Below, piece by piece: positions 10,506 to 20,863 of a stretch of 58,898 nt of DNA. Source of the stretch: an uncultured Pigmentiphaga sp. (GTDB lineage Bacteria > Pseudomonadota > Gammaproteobacteria > Burkholderiales > Burkholderiaceae_B). The stretch spans positions 901-59,798 of the forward strand of contig CAZMVM010000001.1 in NCBI GenBank assembly GCA_964569785.1, given 5' to 3'. A program made the translations under genes and the position numbers. The notes beneath the pieces are model-generated. The model was given only the letters and a program-made list of their open reading frames with translations, was not told the DNA's origin and ran no database searches. Position 1 is the first letter of the stretch. Every line of letters starts with the position of its first letter.

Positions 10506-12065
10506 ATGGGTTTCGGGCAAGCACTAAGCGGTCTTAATGCGGCTTCGCAGCACCTGGATGTCATTGGTAATAACATTGCCAATGCCAATACCGTGGGGTT
10601 CAAAGCCGGATCGGTCAGTTTTGCCGATGTTTATGCGTCATCGCGTATCGGACTTGGTGTGCAGGTGGCGGCCATTAACCAGCGGTTTACCACCGGCAAC
10701 CTGGAAGTCACCGGCAACCAGTACGACATGGCCATCGATGGCGAGAACGGCTTCTTCCGGCTCATTAATCAGAACGGCGAGATCCTGTATTCGCGCAACG
10801 GGCAGTTCATCAAGGACGATGAACACTATATCGTGAATGCTCAGGGCCACCGCCTGACCGGATATCCCGCAGGTGCGGTGGGTGCTGACCCCGTCCCCTT
10901 GCGCGTCCCCGTGGGTAACATGGCGCCTCGTGCGACGGAGAACATTACGGCCGATACCAACCTCGATGCGCGTGCCGAGCCCATCGACCCGCTGACGCGT
11001 CCGTTCGACCCGACCGACCCACTGTCTTTCACACGCGCCGCTCCGGTTACGGTATACGACTCGCTAGGTAATGCGCACCAGCTGACGCAATACTTTATCA
11101 AGCGCGATCCGCAAGCGGCAGGTAATGATTGGGAAGTGCGCTACACGCTGAACGGCCAAACGGTCGAAGTGGGGACACCAGAGATACCAGCACAAGACGA
11201 AGTTCCAGAGGTTCGCTTTAGCTTGCCTGCAGGCATGCCGCAAGCTGATGAGAGAGTCGTTAAATATGATGTGGCTGGGCGTGAGGGATATGCTCTCGTG
11301 CGCTCAGGACCGGATGGCGACGTCGCGTATCACCTCGTACTTGGGGCGGTCAATATCGACACTGCGACCAATACTGCTACGATCTCCGTCAGTGTTGGGA
11401 GTGAGCTCAGCGGTGTTGCAGCACAACGCGCTGTGGCGTCCACGACGTCGATTAACGACGGAGACGTCTACCGCAACGCGATTCCTGCACAACCTGCAGT
11501 GCCGGAGTCATGGGGTGACTTCGGCATCCTCGTGTTTGACACGAATGGTCGGTTAATGGGCAACCCGGTGCTCAACCTGCGGATCGAGGACCCGTCGGGT
11601 TCCTCGTCGGGTGCACCGGCAGAAGACTTGCTTATCGCAGTCGATTTCACCGGCTCCACACAATTCGGGTCTCCCTTCAGACAGAATGCCATCCAGGATG
11701 GCTACACCGCCGGCGAATTCGTGGGCATTGCGGTGTCTGCTGACGGCACGATCACTGCATCATTCACGAACGGCAAGACGGATGTGGTAGGGGTGGTCGC
11801 ACTGGCAGGGTTCAATAACGTGAACGGTTTGAAGCCAGTAGGCCAGAACGCCTGGGCTGAGTCTCCTGAATCGGGGGCGCCTATGCTTGGCCAGCCGGGA
11901 AGCAACGGTCTGGCAACCTTGATGGGGCAAGCAGTGGAAGCCTCGAACGTAGACATGAGTGCGGAGTTGGTCAACATGATCATCGCGCAGCGCAGTTATC
12001 AGGCCAACGCCCAAACCGTGAAGACTCAGGATCAAATTCTGCAAACGCTCATGGCGATGCGTTAG
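10506..12065 (+). CDS. flgE: Flagellar hook protein FlgE (519 aa, with internal extra domain)
   Basis: SGLNAA..LDVIGNNIANANTVGFK, YSRNGQF, VYDSLGNAH and EASNVDMSAELVNMIIAQRSYQAN motifs. Confidence 0.97.
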   Translation: MGFGQALSGLNAASQHLDVIGNNIANANTVGFKAGSVSFADVYASSRIGLGVQVAAINQRFTTGNLEVTGNQYDMAIDGENGFFRLINQNGEILYSRNGQFIKDDEHYIVNAQGHRLTGYPAGAVGADPVPLRVPVGNMAPRATENITADTNLDARAEPIDPLTRPFDPTDPLSFTRAAPVTVYDSLGNAHQLTQYFIKRDPQAAGNDWEVRYTLNGQTVEVGTPEIPAQDEVPEVRFSLPAGMPQADERVVKYDVAGREGYALVRSGPDGDVAYHLVLGAVNIDTATNTATISVSVGSELSGVAAQRAVASTTSINDGDVYRNAIPAQPAVPESWGDFGILVFDTNGRLMGNPVLNLRIEDPSGSSSGAPAEDLLIAVDFTGSTQFGSPFRQNAIQDGYTAGEFVGIAVSADGTITASFTNGKTDVVGVVALAGFNNVNGLKPVGQNAWAESPESGAPMLGQPGSNGLATLMGQAVEASNVDMSAELVNMIIAQRSYQANAQTVKTQDQILQTLMAMR

Positions 12066-12099
12066 TCGCTGGGCTGCTAACACAGATAAGGCTTGAAGC

Positions 12100-12852
12100 A
12101 TGGATCGCGTAGGGTATATTGCCGCCGGCGGAGCTGCCCGTGCCCTGGAACAACAGGCCGTGGCAGGCAACAACCTGGCCAATGCCTCAACGACTGGCTT
12201 CCGCGCGCAATTGACACATTACCGTGCCGTGCCCTTCATTGGCGAAGGGCAGCCGACCCGCGTGGGCACGGTAGTCGCCACCCATGGCGCTGATTTCTCG
12301 CCGGGGCCCATTGAAACCACCGGTCGGGCCTTGGATGTTGCCATCCAAGGGGCAGGCTGGTTCGCGGTGCAAACGGCCAACGGTGAGGCGTATACGCGGG
12401 CGGGTGACTTCCGAGTGGGGCCCAACGGCATGCTGGAAACCTCTGCCGGGCTCCCCGTATTGTCTGATCAAAACCAGCCCATCGCGATTCCGGAGAATGC
12501 CCGGTTGGCGATCGCGCAGGATGGTTCTATTGCCATGCTGAACGAAGGCGATGCCGATGGGCATGTGGTACTTGCGCGGCTTAAGCTCGTTGATCTCCCT
12601 CCCACAGCATTGGTGCGCGGTGACGATGGTTTGTTTCGGGGTAATCAGGCGGCCGGCGTGCCGCCTGTTGCGCAAGCCGATCCTGCGGTCCGTGTGATCG
12701 CGGGGGCCCTGGAAGGCAGCAACGTAAGCCCTGCAGCAACCATGATCGCCATGCTCGAAAACGCTCGGCTGTTCGACATGCAAATGAAGACGATTCAACA
12801 CGCGAGCACCAATGCCGAACGCGCCAATCAGCTGCTGTCAGCGGGCGGCTAA
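12100..12852 (+). CDS. flgF: Basal-body rod protein FlgF
   Basis: MDR..Y.A..GA, NNLANASTTGFRA, TGRALDVAI.G.GWFAVQ and LEGSNV motifs. Confidence 0.96.
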   Translation: MDRVGYIAAGGAARALEQQAVAGNNLANASTTGFRAQLTHYRAVPFIGEGQPTRVGTVVATHGADFSPGPIETTGRALDVAIQGAGWFAVQTANGEAYTRAGDFRVGPNGMLETSAGLPVLSDQNQPIAIPENARLAIAQDGSIAMLNEGDADGHVVLARLKLVDLPPTALVRGDDGLFRGNQAAGVPPVAQADPAVRVIAGALEGSNVSPAATMIAMLENARLFDMQMKTIQHASTNAERANQLLSAGG

Positions 12853-13017
12853 TGTTGCGGATAGCTATGCCGCTTAAACCCATCCCGCTGAAAGTAATAA
12901 GTGTGCGAGCGCGTTAGGCGACTCGACGCTACCGCATGCAACGTGGCCGGACGTCTCACGCAAGAAGTACTGGGAAGTGTTCGGCACCGACTACCGCATA
13001 CAGGTTAGGAGAACTTT

Positions 13018-13800
13018 ATGATTCGCTCGCTTTGGATTGCCAAAACGGGCCTGGATACCCAGCAGACGCGTATTGATGTTATTGCCAACAATTTGGCTAA
13101 CGTGAGTACGCAAGGTTTCAAGCGGACGCGTGCCGTTTTTGAAGACTTGATGTATCAAACAATTCGGCAGCCCGGAGGCTTTACCGCAGAAGCAACTCAA
13201 CTGCCCACCGGTCTGCAACTGGGAAGCGGGGCCCGCACCGTGGCCACGGAGCGCATCCATACGCAAGGGGCCTTGGAAGAGACCGGCAACGTCCGAGACC
13301 TCGCCATCCGTGGCGCTGGATTCTTCCAAGTGGAATTGCCGGACGGTACGCTGGCTTACACGCGTGCCGGGTCGTTCTCTCTGGACCCGGATGGGCAACT
13401 AGTGACGGCGTCGGGCTATGTGCTTCAACCAGCGATCAACGTACCGGATAACGCCTTGTCGCTTACCATCGGCCGTGATGGTACGGTTTCGGTGACGCAA
13501 CCGGGCAATGCTGCCAGTATGCAAATTGGCCAATTGCAACTGGCCACTTTCGTGAACCCGGGCGGGTTAGAGTCGCTGGGCGAAAACCTATATCTGGAAA
13601 CGGACGCTTCGGGCCCCCCCAACTTATTGGCGCCAGGAATCGATGGCGCGGGGCTGGTGATGCAAGGGTGGGTTGAAACCTCTAACGTCAATGTCGCGGA
13701 AGAGCTGGTCAACATGATTCAGGCGCAGCGTGCGTATGAACTGAACAGCAAGGTTGTTCAGACATCGGACCAGATGCTGGCGCGATTGTCGCAGCTCTAA
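13018..13800 (+). CDS. flgG: Distal rod protein FlgG
   Basis: [27 protein letters not shown] and [22 protein letters not shown] motifs. Confidence 0.98.
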   Translation: MIRSLWIAKTGLDTQQTRIDVIANNLANVSTQGFKRTRAVFEDLMYQTIRQPGGFTAEATQLPTGLQLGSGARTVATERIHTQGALEETGNVRDLAIRGAGFFQVELPDGTLAYTRAGSFSLDPDGQLVTASGYVLQPAINVPDNALSLTIGRDGTVSVTQPGNAASMQIGQLQLATFVNPGGLESLGENLYLETDASGPPNLLAPGIDGAGLVMQGWVETSNVNVAEELVNMIQAQRAYELNSKVVQTSDQMLARLSQL

Positions 13801-13954
13801 GGCGTTACCCGGGCAGCAGTTTATGGCCTGCTGACCACGATGGGTCGGCGCGAAAAAGTAAGAGCTGAAGAAAACGTTAAGCCCGAAAGAGATTTTTAAC
13901 GGCGGCGAGCATTCGCCAGGTTTGTCGGCAAATGTTAGCCATCCTTTCTATTCA

Positions 13955-14683
13955 ATGACAATGAGTTCGCTACCGGGATACATCAGGGCGCAGAGCAAAG
14001 CGTTGGGTTCGGGCCTGCGGGCCGCAGCCGGTGTAGCGGTGCTGTTACTGTCAGGCTGCGCCATGGTTCCGCCCGAGCCTCTCGTAGAGGGGCCGCTCAC
14101 GGCGCTGCCGGCAGAGCGCTTTCCGCAAGTAGCGATACCGAATGGCTCCATCTATCAGCCGGGCGCGCTTGGGAACTTCCCATTGTTCGAGGATAGGCGC
14201 CCGCGGAACGTGGGCGACATTGTCACGGTGTTACTCAGCGAGCGTATCAACGCTGCTAAAAACGTCTCCACCTCCACTTCACGTAACAGCGGCATCGAAC
14301 TGGGCTTTGATACGGTGCCTCGTTCGCTGGAGAAAAGTCTAGGGGGCCAAAGCTTGGACTTCACCGGTAACAATGTAGCAACGGGCCGGGGAAGCACCAA
14401 CGCCAGCAATACATTTTCGGGCACGATCACCACGACCGTTATCGGTCTGCTCCCGAATGGAAACTTGCAGATTGCGGGAGAAAAGCAAATCGCGATTAAT
14501 CGGGGCCAGGAATACATCCGCTTTTACGGCGTTGTCGATCCCCGCTCGATCTCGGGAAATAACACAGTGCTGTCCACGCAGGTCGCGGATGCACGCATTG
14601 AATACCGCAGCAAAGGGGTGATGGACGAGGTTCAAACGATGGGCTGGCTGCAGCGATTCTTTCTCATCGCCTCGCCGTTTTGA
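13955..14683 (+). CDS. flgH: L-ring lipoprotein FlgH
   Basis: Lipobox LLSGC; LFEDRRPRNVGD, LPNGNL.I.GEKQI and MGWLQRFF motifs. Start approximate. Confidence 0.96.
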   Translation: MTMSSLPGYIRAQSKALGSGLRAAAGVAVLLLSGCAMVPPEPLVEGPLTALPAERFPQVAIPNGSIYQPGALGNFPLFEDRRPRNVGDIVTVLLSERINAAKNVSTSTSRNSGIELGFDTVPRSLEKSLGGQSLDFTGNNVATGRGSTNASNTFSGTITTTVIGLLPNGNLQIAGEKQIAINRGQEYIRFYGVVDPRSISGNNTVLSTQVADARIEYRSKGVMDEVQTMGWLQRFFLIASPF

Positions 14684-14747
14684 TGGCAAGTTTCTGCTTT
14701 ACGCGGTAGTTATGATTTCCAAGGTACGGTTTTAAGGGGGGCGCACC

Positions 14748-15884
14748 ATGGCAGCAAGGTTAACGGCGGTGAAGCTCACGCGCCTCTTATATGTGTTGTG
14801 CGCCGCGGCGGCCATTTCATTTACGGTGCCAACATTTGCGGCAGAACGGTTAAAGGATATTGCGTCGATCCAAGGGGTGCGCAGCAATCCCCTGGTTGGA
14901 TACGGGCTGGTCGTAGGCCTGGACGGCAGCGGCGACCAAACTCGACAAACACCGTTTACTACCCAAAGTCTTACTAACATGCTTTCGCAGCTGGGAATCA
15001 CCGTTCCTCCCGGCACGAACATGCAGCTAAAGAACGTGGCAGCGGTGATGGTAACTGCCGAGCTGCCCCCGTTTGCACGGCCAGGCCAAACCATCGATGT
15101 GGTGGTCTCTTCCATGGGGAATGCGCGTAGCCTGCGGGGCGGCACGCTACTCATGACACCGCTGAAAGGAGCCGACGGGCAGGTGTATGCCATCGCTCAA
15201 GGCAATCTCGTGGTTGGGGGTGCCGGGGCGGAAGCAGGAGGCAGCCGGGTGCAGGTAAACCAGCTGGGCGTGGGGCTCATCAGCAATGGCGCCGTCGTTG
15301 AGCGCGCGGTACCGACGGTATTAGCTCAAGACGGGAATCTTTACCTGGAGTTGAACAGTACCGATTTCGGCACCACACAGAATGTAGTCAATGCCATCAA
15401 TCAGCGTTTCGGCACGGGTACGGCGGTTGCCGTGGATGGACGCTCGATACGGGTGCGCAGCCCGATCGACCCCGGCAGCCAGGTGAGGTTTCTGGCTGAG
15501 CTTGAAAACTTGCGTGTCACGCGAGCGCCGGTGCCAGCCAAAGTGATTATCAACGCCCGCACCGGCTCGGTGGTCATGAACCGCAACGTTACCATCGAGG
15601 AGGCCGCCGTTGCGCATGGGTCGTTGTCGATCGTGGTCAGCCGAGGCGCCGCGGTGAGCCAGCCCGACACACCTTTCGGCGGTGGTAGCACGGTGGTGGT
15701 TCCAACTACAGACATTGAAATGCGGCAGGCAACGGGCGCTTTGCAGCGCGTCAGCACCAGCGCGAACCTCAGTGAAGTGGTGAGCGCGCTTAACGCGCTC
15801 GGGGCGACCCCGCAAGACCTCGTCTCGATTTTGCAGGCCATGCATGCGGCCGGCGCTCTCCGAGCCGAGCTCGAAATACTGTAA
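14748..15884 (+). CDS. flgI: P-ring protein FlgI
   Basis: Signal peptide, then [30 protein letters not shown]; ends [11 protein letters not shown]. Confidence 0.98.
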   Translation: MAARLTAVKLTRLLYVLCAAAAISFTVPTFAAERLKDIASIQGVRSNPLVGYGLVVGLDGSGDQTRQTPFTTQSLTNMLSQLGITVPPGTNMQLKNVAAVMVTAELPPFARPGQTIDVVVSSMGNARSLRGGTLLMTPLKGADGQVYAIAQGNLVVGGAGAEAGGSRVQVNQLGVGLISNGAVVERAVPTVLAQDGNLYLELNSTDFGTTQNVVNAINQRFGTGTAVAVDGRSIRVRSPIDPGSQVRFLAELENLRVTRAPVPAKVIINARTGSVVMNRNVTIEEAAVAHGSLSIVVSRGAAVSQPDTPFGGGSTVVVPTTDIEMRQATGALQRVSTSANLSEVVSALNALGATPQDLVSILQAMHAAGALRAELEIL

Positions 15885-16102
15885 TGCTTTGCTAGCGCAG
15901 GGATGTTATGTACCCACACTGCGCACGCCGTATCATGCGTCACATCACGTGCCCCATTTGTCGCGTCATGATCCTCAGGACTGCGTAGGTTGACTGCAGC
16001 GACAGTTCGCTTTGGGCGCCCTATACCCAAGTTCTAAGGCGTCTTCGACCCTCAGGCACCGACGTTTGGTTCACAGGTAAGTAAAGGTCGGGAATTAAGA
16101 AG

Positions 16103-17080
16103 ATGAGTTTCGTATTCGATGTTGGGACGTTAGCGTCGCTGCGCCAGAACATTCGTGCGGGCCATACCGGCGCCCATCAAAAGCTTGCGCAGCAGTTTGA
16201 AGGGCTTTTCCTGCAAATGATGCTCAAGAGTATGCGGGAAGCGTCGCCCAAAGAGGGTCTGTTCGACAGCGATCAGGCGCGCATGCTGCAATCCGTATTC
16301 GATGCACAAATCTCTCAGCAACTAAGCGAACGAGGTTTGGGGCTGGCCAAAGTTTTATTGGCTCATTTGCAACGACACGGCGCGGCGCAAATACCTGGCT
16401 CGCCAGCATCCGCCAAGTTTGGGACTGGCACCGGAGAGTCGGGAGAGACGCGCCGAATTGTGGGAGATGGTGGTCTGGCCGGTCGCTCGTTGAGTGTGCG
16501 CGACACGCGGCTCACCTCCACGCCCTTCACAATGCTGCCAGAGTATGCCGCTTCCGCTGCGACGATGCATACAGCTGATACCCGGTCCTTAGATCAAAGT
16601 GATACCCATACGGGCTTGCCTGCGCACGTGGCGCAGTTTGTCGCGCGACTATTGAAGCCTGCCAAGGCGGTGGCTCAGGCAAGCGGTTTGCCGCTTAAGC
16701 TGATACTTGGGCAAGCCGCACTTGAGTCAGGGTGGGGCCAGCGAGAGATCCAGACTCCTGATGGTCGGCCCACGCACAACCTCTTTGGTATTAAAGCCAC
16801 AGGAGGCTGGGCCGGCAAAGTTGTTGATGTGCTTACGACAGAGTTCATCGATGGCCGTCCGGTGAAGATGCAGCAACCCTTCCGTGCCTATGCGTCATAC
16901 GAGCAGGCTCTGCAGGACTATGCCAACTTGATTACCCGCAGCCCGCGTTATCGTGAGGTCACGAATGCGCAAGATGCCTACGACGCAGCAAGAAAGATTC
17001 AAGCGGCCGGTTATGCCACCGACCCGAATTACGCCGATAAGCTGATCCGCGTGATGCAGAGGTTGCCCGTCGCCAGCTAA
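16103..17080 (+). CDS. flgJ: Rod cap / peptidoglycan hydrolase FlgJ
   Basis: QFEGLFLQMMLKSMREA rod-binding domain; GH73 motifs QAALESGWG, NLFGIKA and YATDPNY. Confidence 0.96.
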   Translation: MSFVFDVGTLASLRQNIRAGHTGAHQKLAQQFEGLFLQMMLKSMREASPKEGLFDSDQARMLQSVFDAQISQQLSERGLGLAKVLLAHLQRHGAAQIPGSPASAKFGTGTGESGETRRIVGDGGLAGRSLSVRDTRLTSTPFTMLPEYAASAATMHTADTRSLDQSDTHTGLPAHVAQFVARLLKPAKAVAQASGLPLKLILGQAALESGWGQREIQTPDGRPTHNLFGIKATGGWAGKVVDVLTTEFIDGRPVKMQQPFRAYASYEQALQDYANLITRSPRYREVTNAQDAYDAARKIQAAGYATDPNYADKLIRVMQRLPVAS

Positions 17081-17104
17081 AGGTTGCGCGTCACCTGCCG
17101 TTAA
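17078..17104 (+). promoter_or_regulatory. Sigma-28 promoter of flgKL, overlapping the flgJ stop codon
   Basis: TAAA(17078-17081)-N15-GCCGTTAA(17097-17104). Confidence 0.85.
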
Positions 17105-17193
17105 TAGTTCCTGTAAGGGTGCTTGCAGCGACCCGTTGCGCAAAGAGCACATGCGGCTTCTGTGTTAGACGGGTACGGTTATTTGGATACCTC

Positions 17194-18894
17194 ATGACGA
17201 ATTTATTCAGCCTTGGCAAGACCGGGCTCAGCGCAGCACAGGCTGCATTGAGCACAACGGGTCACAATATTGCTAACGTCAATACCCCTGGCTACAGCCG
17301 ACAGCAGGTGTTGGTGTCGACAGCAGGTGGTGGTCGCAGTGCGATCGGACACTACGCCGGGCGCGGGGTGCAGGTCGATATGGTGCGTCGTATCTACGAC
17401 AGCTTCCTGACCCAACAAGTGAATGTCGCCACCGCCAGCACAAGTGCCCTTGAAACTCAGGTCACGCAAATCGGCCACATCAACAATCTTCTGGCCGATC
17501 GTACGGTGGGTTTGGCCCCGGCGATTAACCGGTTCTTCGAGGGGATTAACGCTGTGGCGTCCGCGCCGCACGATGCGGCCTCGCGTGCCGAGTTGCTGGG
17601 TCGCGCCGGTAGCCTGGTTACTCAGTTCACCGGGTTGAACGAGTTCTTCGAGAGCCAGCGCGAGGCGGTCAATCAGCAGATTGCTACGACGGTTGAGCAA
17701 ATCAATAGCTACGCCGAACGTATACAGGAGCTTAACGTTCGCATTGTGCTGGCGCGCGGCACAGTCAATGGAGAACAGCCGCCCAACGATCTGCTGGATC
17801 AACGCGATCGTCTGATTACCGAATTGAATGAGCTAGTCGGTGTGACGGCCACCGAGCAAGATGGCGCGGTCATGCTCACCTTGGGTAACGGGCAAGTGTT
17901 GCTGGGCGGTGGCACGGTTTATCCACTACATGCCATGATGTCGGCGGCAGACCCGCAACGCACCGTTGTTGCACAGACGCTTCCCGATGGCACCCTGGTT
18001 GAGGTGGACGACCTCACGATTCAGGGGGGGCAGCTCGGCGGCCTGCTTCAATTCCGGGTGGAAGGGCTGGACCCGCTGCAAAACGAGTTGGGACGATTGG
18101 CCATTGCGCTTGCCATGAGTTTTAACGCTCAACACGTGCAAGGGGCCGACTTGGCAGGCCAGCCGGGTGAAAACTTTTTCTCTATTCCGGACACGGTTAC
18201 CGCGATTGCGCACGAAGCGAACGCCGATCACAGCGTTACCTTTACGGCCAAAATCGTTGATTCCTCCAAGCTTACCGTCAGTGATTACCGCGTTACGTTT
18301 GATGGTACAGCCAACACCTACACGGTCGTGCGTTTAATCGATGGGAAAACAGTGTGGCAGGGTAACGACCTGGGCGATGCCGAGTTCGACGGTTTGGCCC
18401 TTGATGCGCTGCCACAGCCGCCTGCCGATCGCGATTCCTTTCTGCTCCAGCCTACCCGGCATGGTGCGCGCGACATCGGCCTGTATATCAGTGACCCCTC
18501 TCGAATCGCTGCCTCGGCGTATGACGCCTCCGACTCTACCGTGGGAGGATCGAGTAATGGTGAGAATGCGCTCAAGCTTGCGAATCTGCAAACCGCCCAG
18601 ATCGTCGGCGGGCTGGAAACCCAACCTCCAGGTCAAGGCACGATGAGCATTACCGCCGCTTTTTCACAGCTGGTTAACGAGGTGGGTGTGAAGACGCAAG
18701 CGTTGACGACGGCACATCAGGCGCAACAAAGCCTGCATGCGCAAAGCTACGCTGCCCAGCAAGCCGTTTCAGGAGTGAACCTGAACGAGGAATACATCAA
18801 TCTCGATTTGTACGTACAACAATATCAGGCGAGCGCCCGCTTGATCGAGGTAGGATCGGTGCTATTCGATACCTTGCTTGGACTGCGCTCCTAA
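17194..18894 (+). CDS. flgK: Hook-associated protein FlgK
   Basis: GL.AAQ.AL.TTGHNIANVNTPGYSRQ, NDLLDQRD and SGVNLNEE motifs. Start set at ATG 17194. Confidence 0.97.
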   Translation: MTNLFSLGKTGLSAAQAALSTTGHNIANVNTPGYSRQQVLVSTAGGGRSAIGHYAGRGVQVDMVRRIYDSFLTQQVNVATASTSALETQVTQIGHINNLLADRTVGLAPAINRFFEGINAVASAPHDAASRAELLGRAGSLVTQFTGLNEFFESQREAVNQQIATTVEQINSYAERIQELNVRIVLARGTVNGEQPPNDLLDQRDRLITELNELVGVTATEQDGAVMLTLGNGQVLLGGGTVYPLHAMMSAADPQRTVVAQTLPDGTLVEVDDLTIQGGQLGGLLQFRVEGLDPLQNELGRLAIALAMSFNAQHVQGADLAGQPGENFFSIPDTVTAIAHEANADHSVTFTAKIVDSSKLTVSDYRVTFDGTANTYTVVRLIDGKTVWQGNDLGDAEFDGLALDALPQPPADRDSFLLQPTRHGARDIGLYISDPSRIAASAYDASDSTVGGSSNGENALKLANLQTAQIVGGLETQPPGQGTMSITAAFSQLVNEVGVKTQALTTAHQAQQSLHAQSYAAQQAVSGVNLNEEYINLDLYVQQYQASARLIEVGSVLFDTLLGLRS

Positions 18895-18903
18895 GGAAAA
18901 GAT

Positions 18904-20121
18904 ATGCGAGTCAGTACGCTCATGACGCACCAGGTTGCGGTGCGCACAATGACCTCCCAGGAAGGCAAGATGCTGCACACCATGCAGCAAATTTCAACGG
19001 GGCGCCGCGTGCTCACCCCGGCGGATGATCCATTGTCGGCCGCCTTGGCAGTGAATGTTGCTCAGACGCAAAGCATGAATAGCCGGTATGCCGAAAACCG
19101 GGACATAGCGCGTCAGAATTTGTCGGCAGAAGAAAACACGCTGAGCGCCGTCAGCAACATGCTGCAGGATGTGTTGACTCGGATCGTGGAGGCGGGTAAC
19201 GAAGCGTTCTCCGATGCCGATCGCCGTATCTTGGCAGACGTTCTTTCCGAAATGCGGGAAACCTTGCTGGGGTTGGCCAATGCCACCGATGGCACCGGTC
19301 GCTACTTGTTCTCGGGCGATCATGCGGAAGTGGCTCCGTATGATCCCAATACGGGCGCCTTGTTGAATCCCGACATGAAAGGATCCAGAAACGTCCAGGT
19401 GGCGCAGACACGCGTGATGCCCACGGCGTCAACTGCGGTTGAGGTGTTTCATCGCCCGCCTCCTGGCACGCAGGCTTTTGTGATCGAGGCTGACCCCAAT
19501 AATAGTGGAACTGTTACCTTTGGTCGGCTCGAAATCGTTGACGTCGCCGCTTTAGCACCGAGCGAAACGATCACGATCTCATTCGCGCCCTCCGGCGATC
19601 CCAGCCAACCCTGGAACCTGGTCGTGGAAGCGGATGGCAATGTGTTGCCCGGCTACCCCCGGCCCTACGCTCCCGGCGAAGAGTTTACTTTCAATGGATT
19701 ACGAGTGCGCTTCGACGGCGAGCCAAACGCCAGTGACGTCTTTACCGTGCAGTCCGCAACGGTTGATCTCTTCGCCGACTTGGATCGGGTCATTCAAACG
19801 CTGGGCAGCCCGATCTCGGGCAACCCGCCAGCCGTGGCAGCCCTGCGTAACGATTTGGCCACTGCCAACCGCAAAATTAATCTGGTACTTGATAATGTGC
19901 TGACGGTTCGTGCATCGATTGGGGCGCGCATAAACGAGCTTGAAGCACTGGACGGCGAAGGAATGCACCGCCATCTAAACTACGAGGCACATTTATCCTC
20001 ACTCGAGGACCTGGATTATCGTGCTGCCAGCAGCGACCTTGCCGTAAGAACGATGGCATTGCAAGCAGCCGAATTGGCCTATATGAAGGTGCAAGGTCTT
20101 GGCCTGTTTGCACGCCGCTAG
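18904..20121 (+). CDS. flgL: Hook-associated protein FlgL
   Basis: MRVST, QISTGRRV..PADDP, G.YLFSG and RASIGAR.NEL motifs. Confidence 0.96.
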   Translation: MRVSTLMTHQVAVRTMTSQEGKMLHTMQQISTGRRVLTPADDPLSAALAVNVAQTQSMNSRYAENRDIARQNLSAEENTLSAVSNMLQDVLTRIVEAGNEAFSDADRRILADVLSEMRETLLGLANATDGTGRYLFSGDHAEVAPYDPNTGALLNPDMKGSRNVQVAQTRVMPTASTAVEVFHRPPPGTQAFVIEADPNNSGTVTFGRLEIVDVAALAPSETITISFAPSGDPSQPWNLVVEADGNVLPGYPRPYAPGEEFTFNGLRVRFDGEPNASDVFTVQSATVDLFADLDRVIQTLGSPISGNPPAVAALRNDLATANRKINLVLDNVLTVRASIGARINELEALDGEGMHRHLNYEAHLSSLEDLDYRAASSDLAVRTMALQAAELAYMKVQGLGLFARR

Positions 20122-20165
20122 CTGCGCTTAAATACGACGTTTCCGGCGTGCTCCGCAAGCTACAA

Positions 20166-20208
20166 GCGCCGGGGCCTTGCTGTGTATGAGGTCCCGGCCC
20201 CCCGGCGC
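20166..20208 (+). terminator. GC-rich hairpin after flgL (possible terminator)
   Basis: GCCGGGGCCTT...GAGGTCCCGGC stem, with an alternative GCGCCGGGG/CCCCGGCGC pairing. No clear U-tract. Confidence 0.35.
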
Positions 20209-20349
20209 ACTGGTGCCAGCAGGACTCTCTCGCTTAGCACTACGGCACGCTTCGGTATATTTCCCATCCTCCGCTTGATGCGCAACCGCGCTGTCGCCCA
20301 TCCATTCACCAACCCCGGCCGCTCACGACTCTAACCTCGACAGCTGCTC

Positions 20350-20378
20350 GAACCTTTTCCTCCTTCGCTGCATCCAAT
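20350..20378 (+). promoter_or_regulatory. Putative ECF-sigma promoter for the 20438/20860 operon
   Basis: GAACC(TTT)-N16-CATCCAAT: AAC-containing -35 and ECF-like spacing, ~60 nt before the start codon, near an ECF sigma gene. Confidence 0.6.
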
Positions 20379-20437
20379 CGGCACCTTCAGAAGGCTCACC
20401 TTGACAAGATTCCGTCAGCCGATAGCAAGGAGCGATC

Positions 20438-20863
20438 ATGAAAACCATACCCCTGGTGTTGACGAGCGTTTTGGCGTTGTGCTCGTTAGGTGCCTTGGCG
20501 GGCGAAGCCGCCGGGAAACTAGACCAAGCGCCGCCGCCTCAACCGTACGCCAAAGTAAGCTCATTGGTGGCCTTACCCGATTTCATACCGGGCCTGGGCA
20601 CTTTGTATGTGGATCCCACAACCCTTCCCGCTGGCCCCTTTCTGGGATATGACGCAGACGGGAAACTTGCCGCGACGATTTATATGGTTCCGTTGGCAGA
20701 GCTGGAGAAAGGCACAGCTTATGATGGCTTGAAGCTCGGATCGCCCAATGTGGTCTCCGTCGATATCTACTACAACGCGGGTCACCCCGGCGTGGAAGCA
20801 CCGCACGCCCACGTTGTGTTATTCCATAGCGAAGATGCCGAAAAGCGCTTGGAGCAAAAGTGA
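20438..20863 (+). CDS. Secreted His-rich protein, TTHB210-like family
   Basis: Sec signal peptide. PY.KVS.LV.LPDF.PGLGTLYVDP.TLP.GPFL and YYNAGHPGVEAPHAHVVLFH recall the TTHB210-like domain (recognised from memory, not searched). AAGGAG RBS. Confidence 0.7.
   Translation: MKTIPLVLTSVLALCSLGALAGEAAGKLDQAPPPQPYAKVSSLVALPDFIPGLGTLYVDPTTLPAGPFLGYDADGKLAATIYMVPLAELEKGTAYDGLKLGSPNVVSVDIYYNAGHPGVEAPHAHVVLFHSEDAEKRLEQK

Noticed and set aside
13801-13950. Possible c-di-GMP riboswitch (GAAA-containing stem) before flgH
   Set aside because: Lacks the GGCAAAC...GACGCAAAGC core of c-di-GMP-I. Only generic hairpins; an Rfam scan would settle it.
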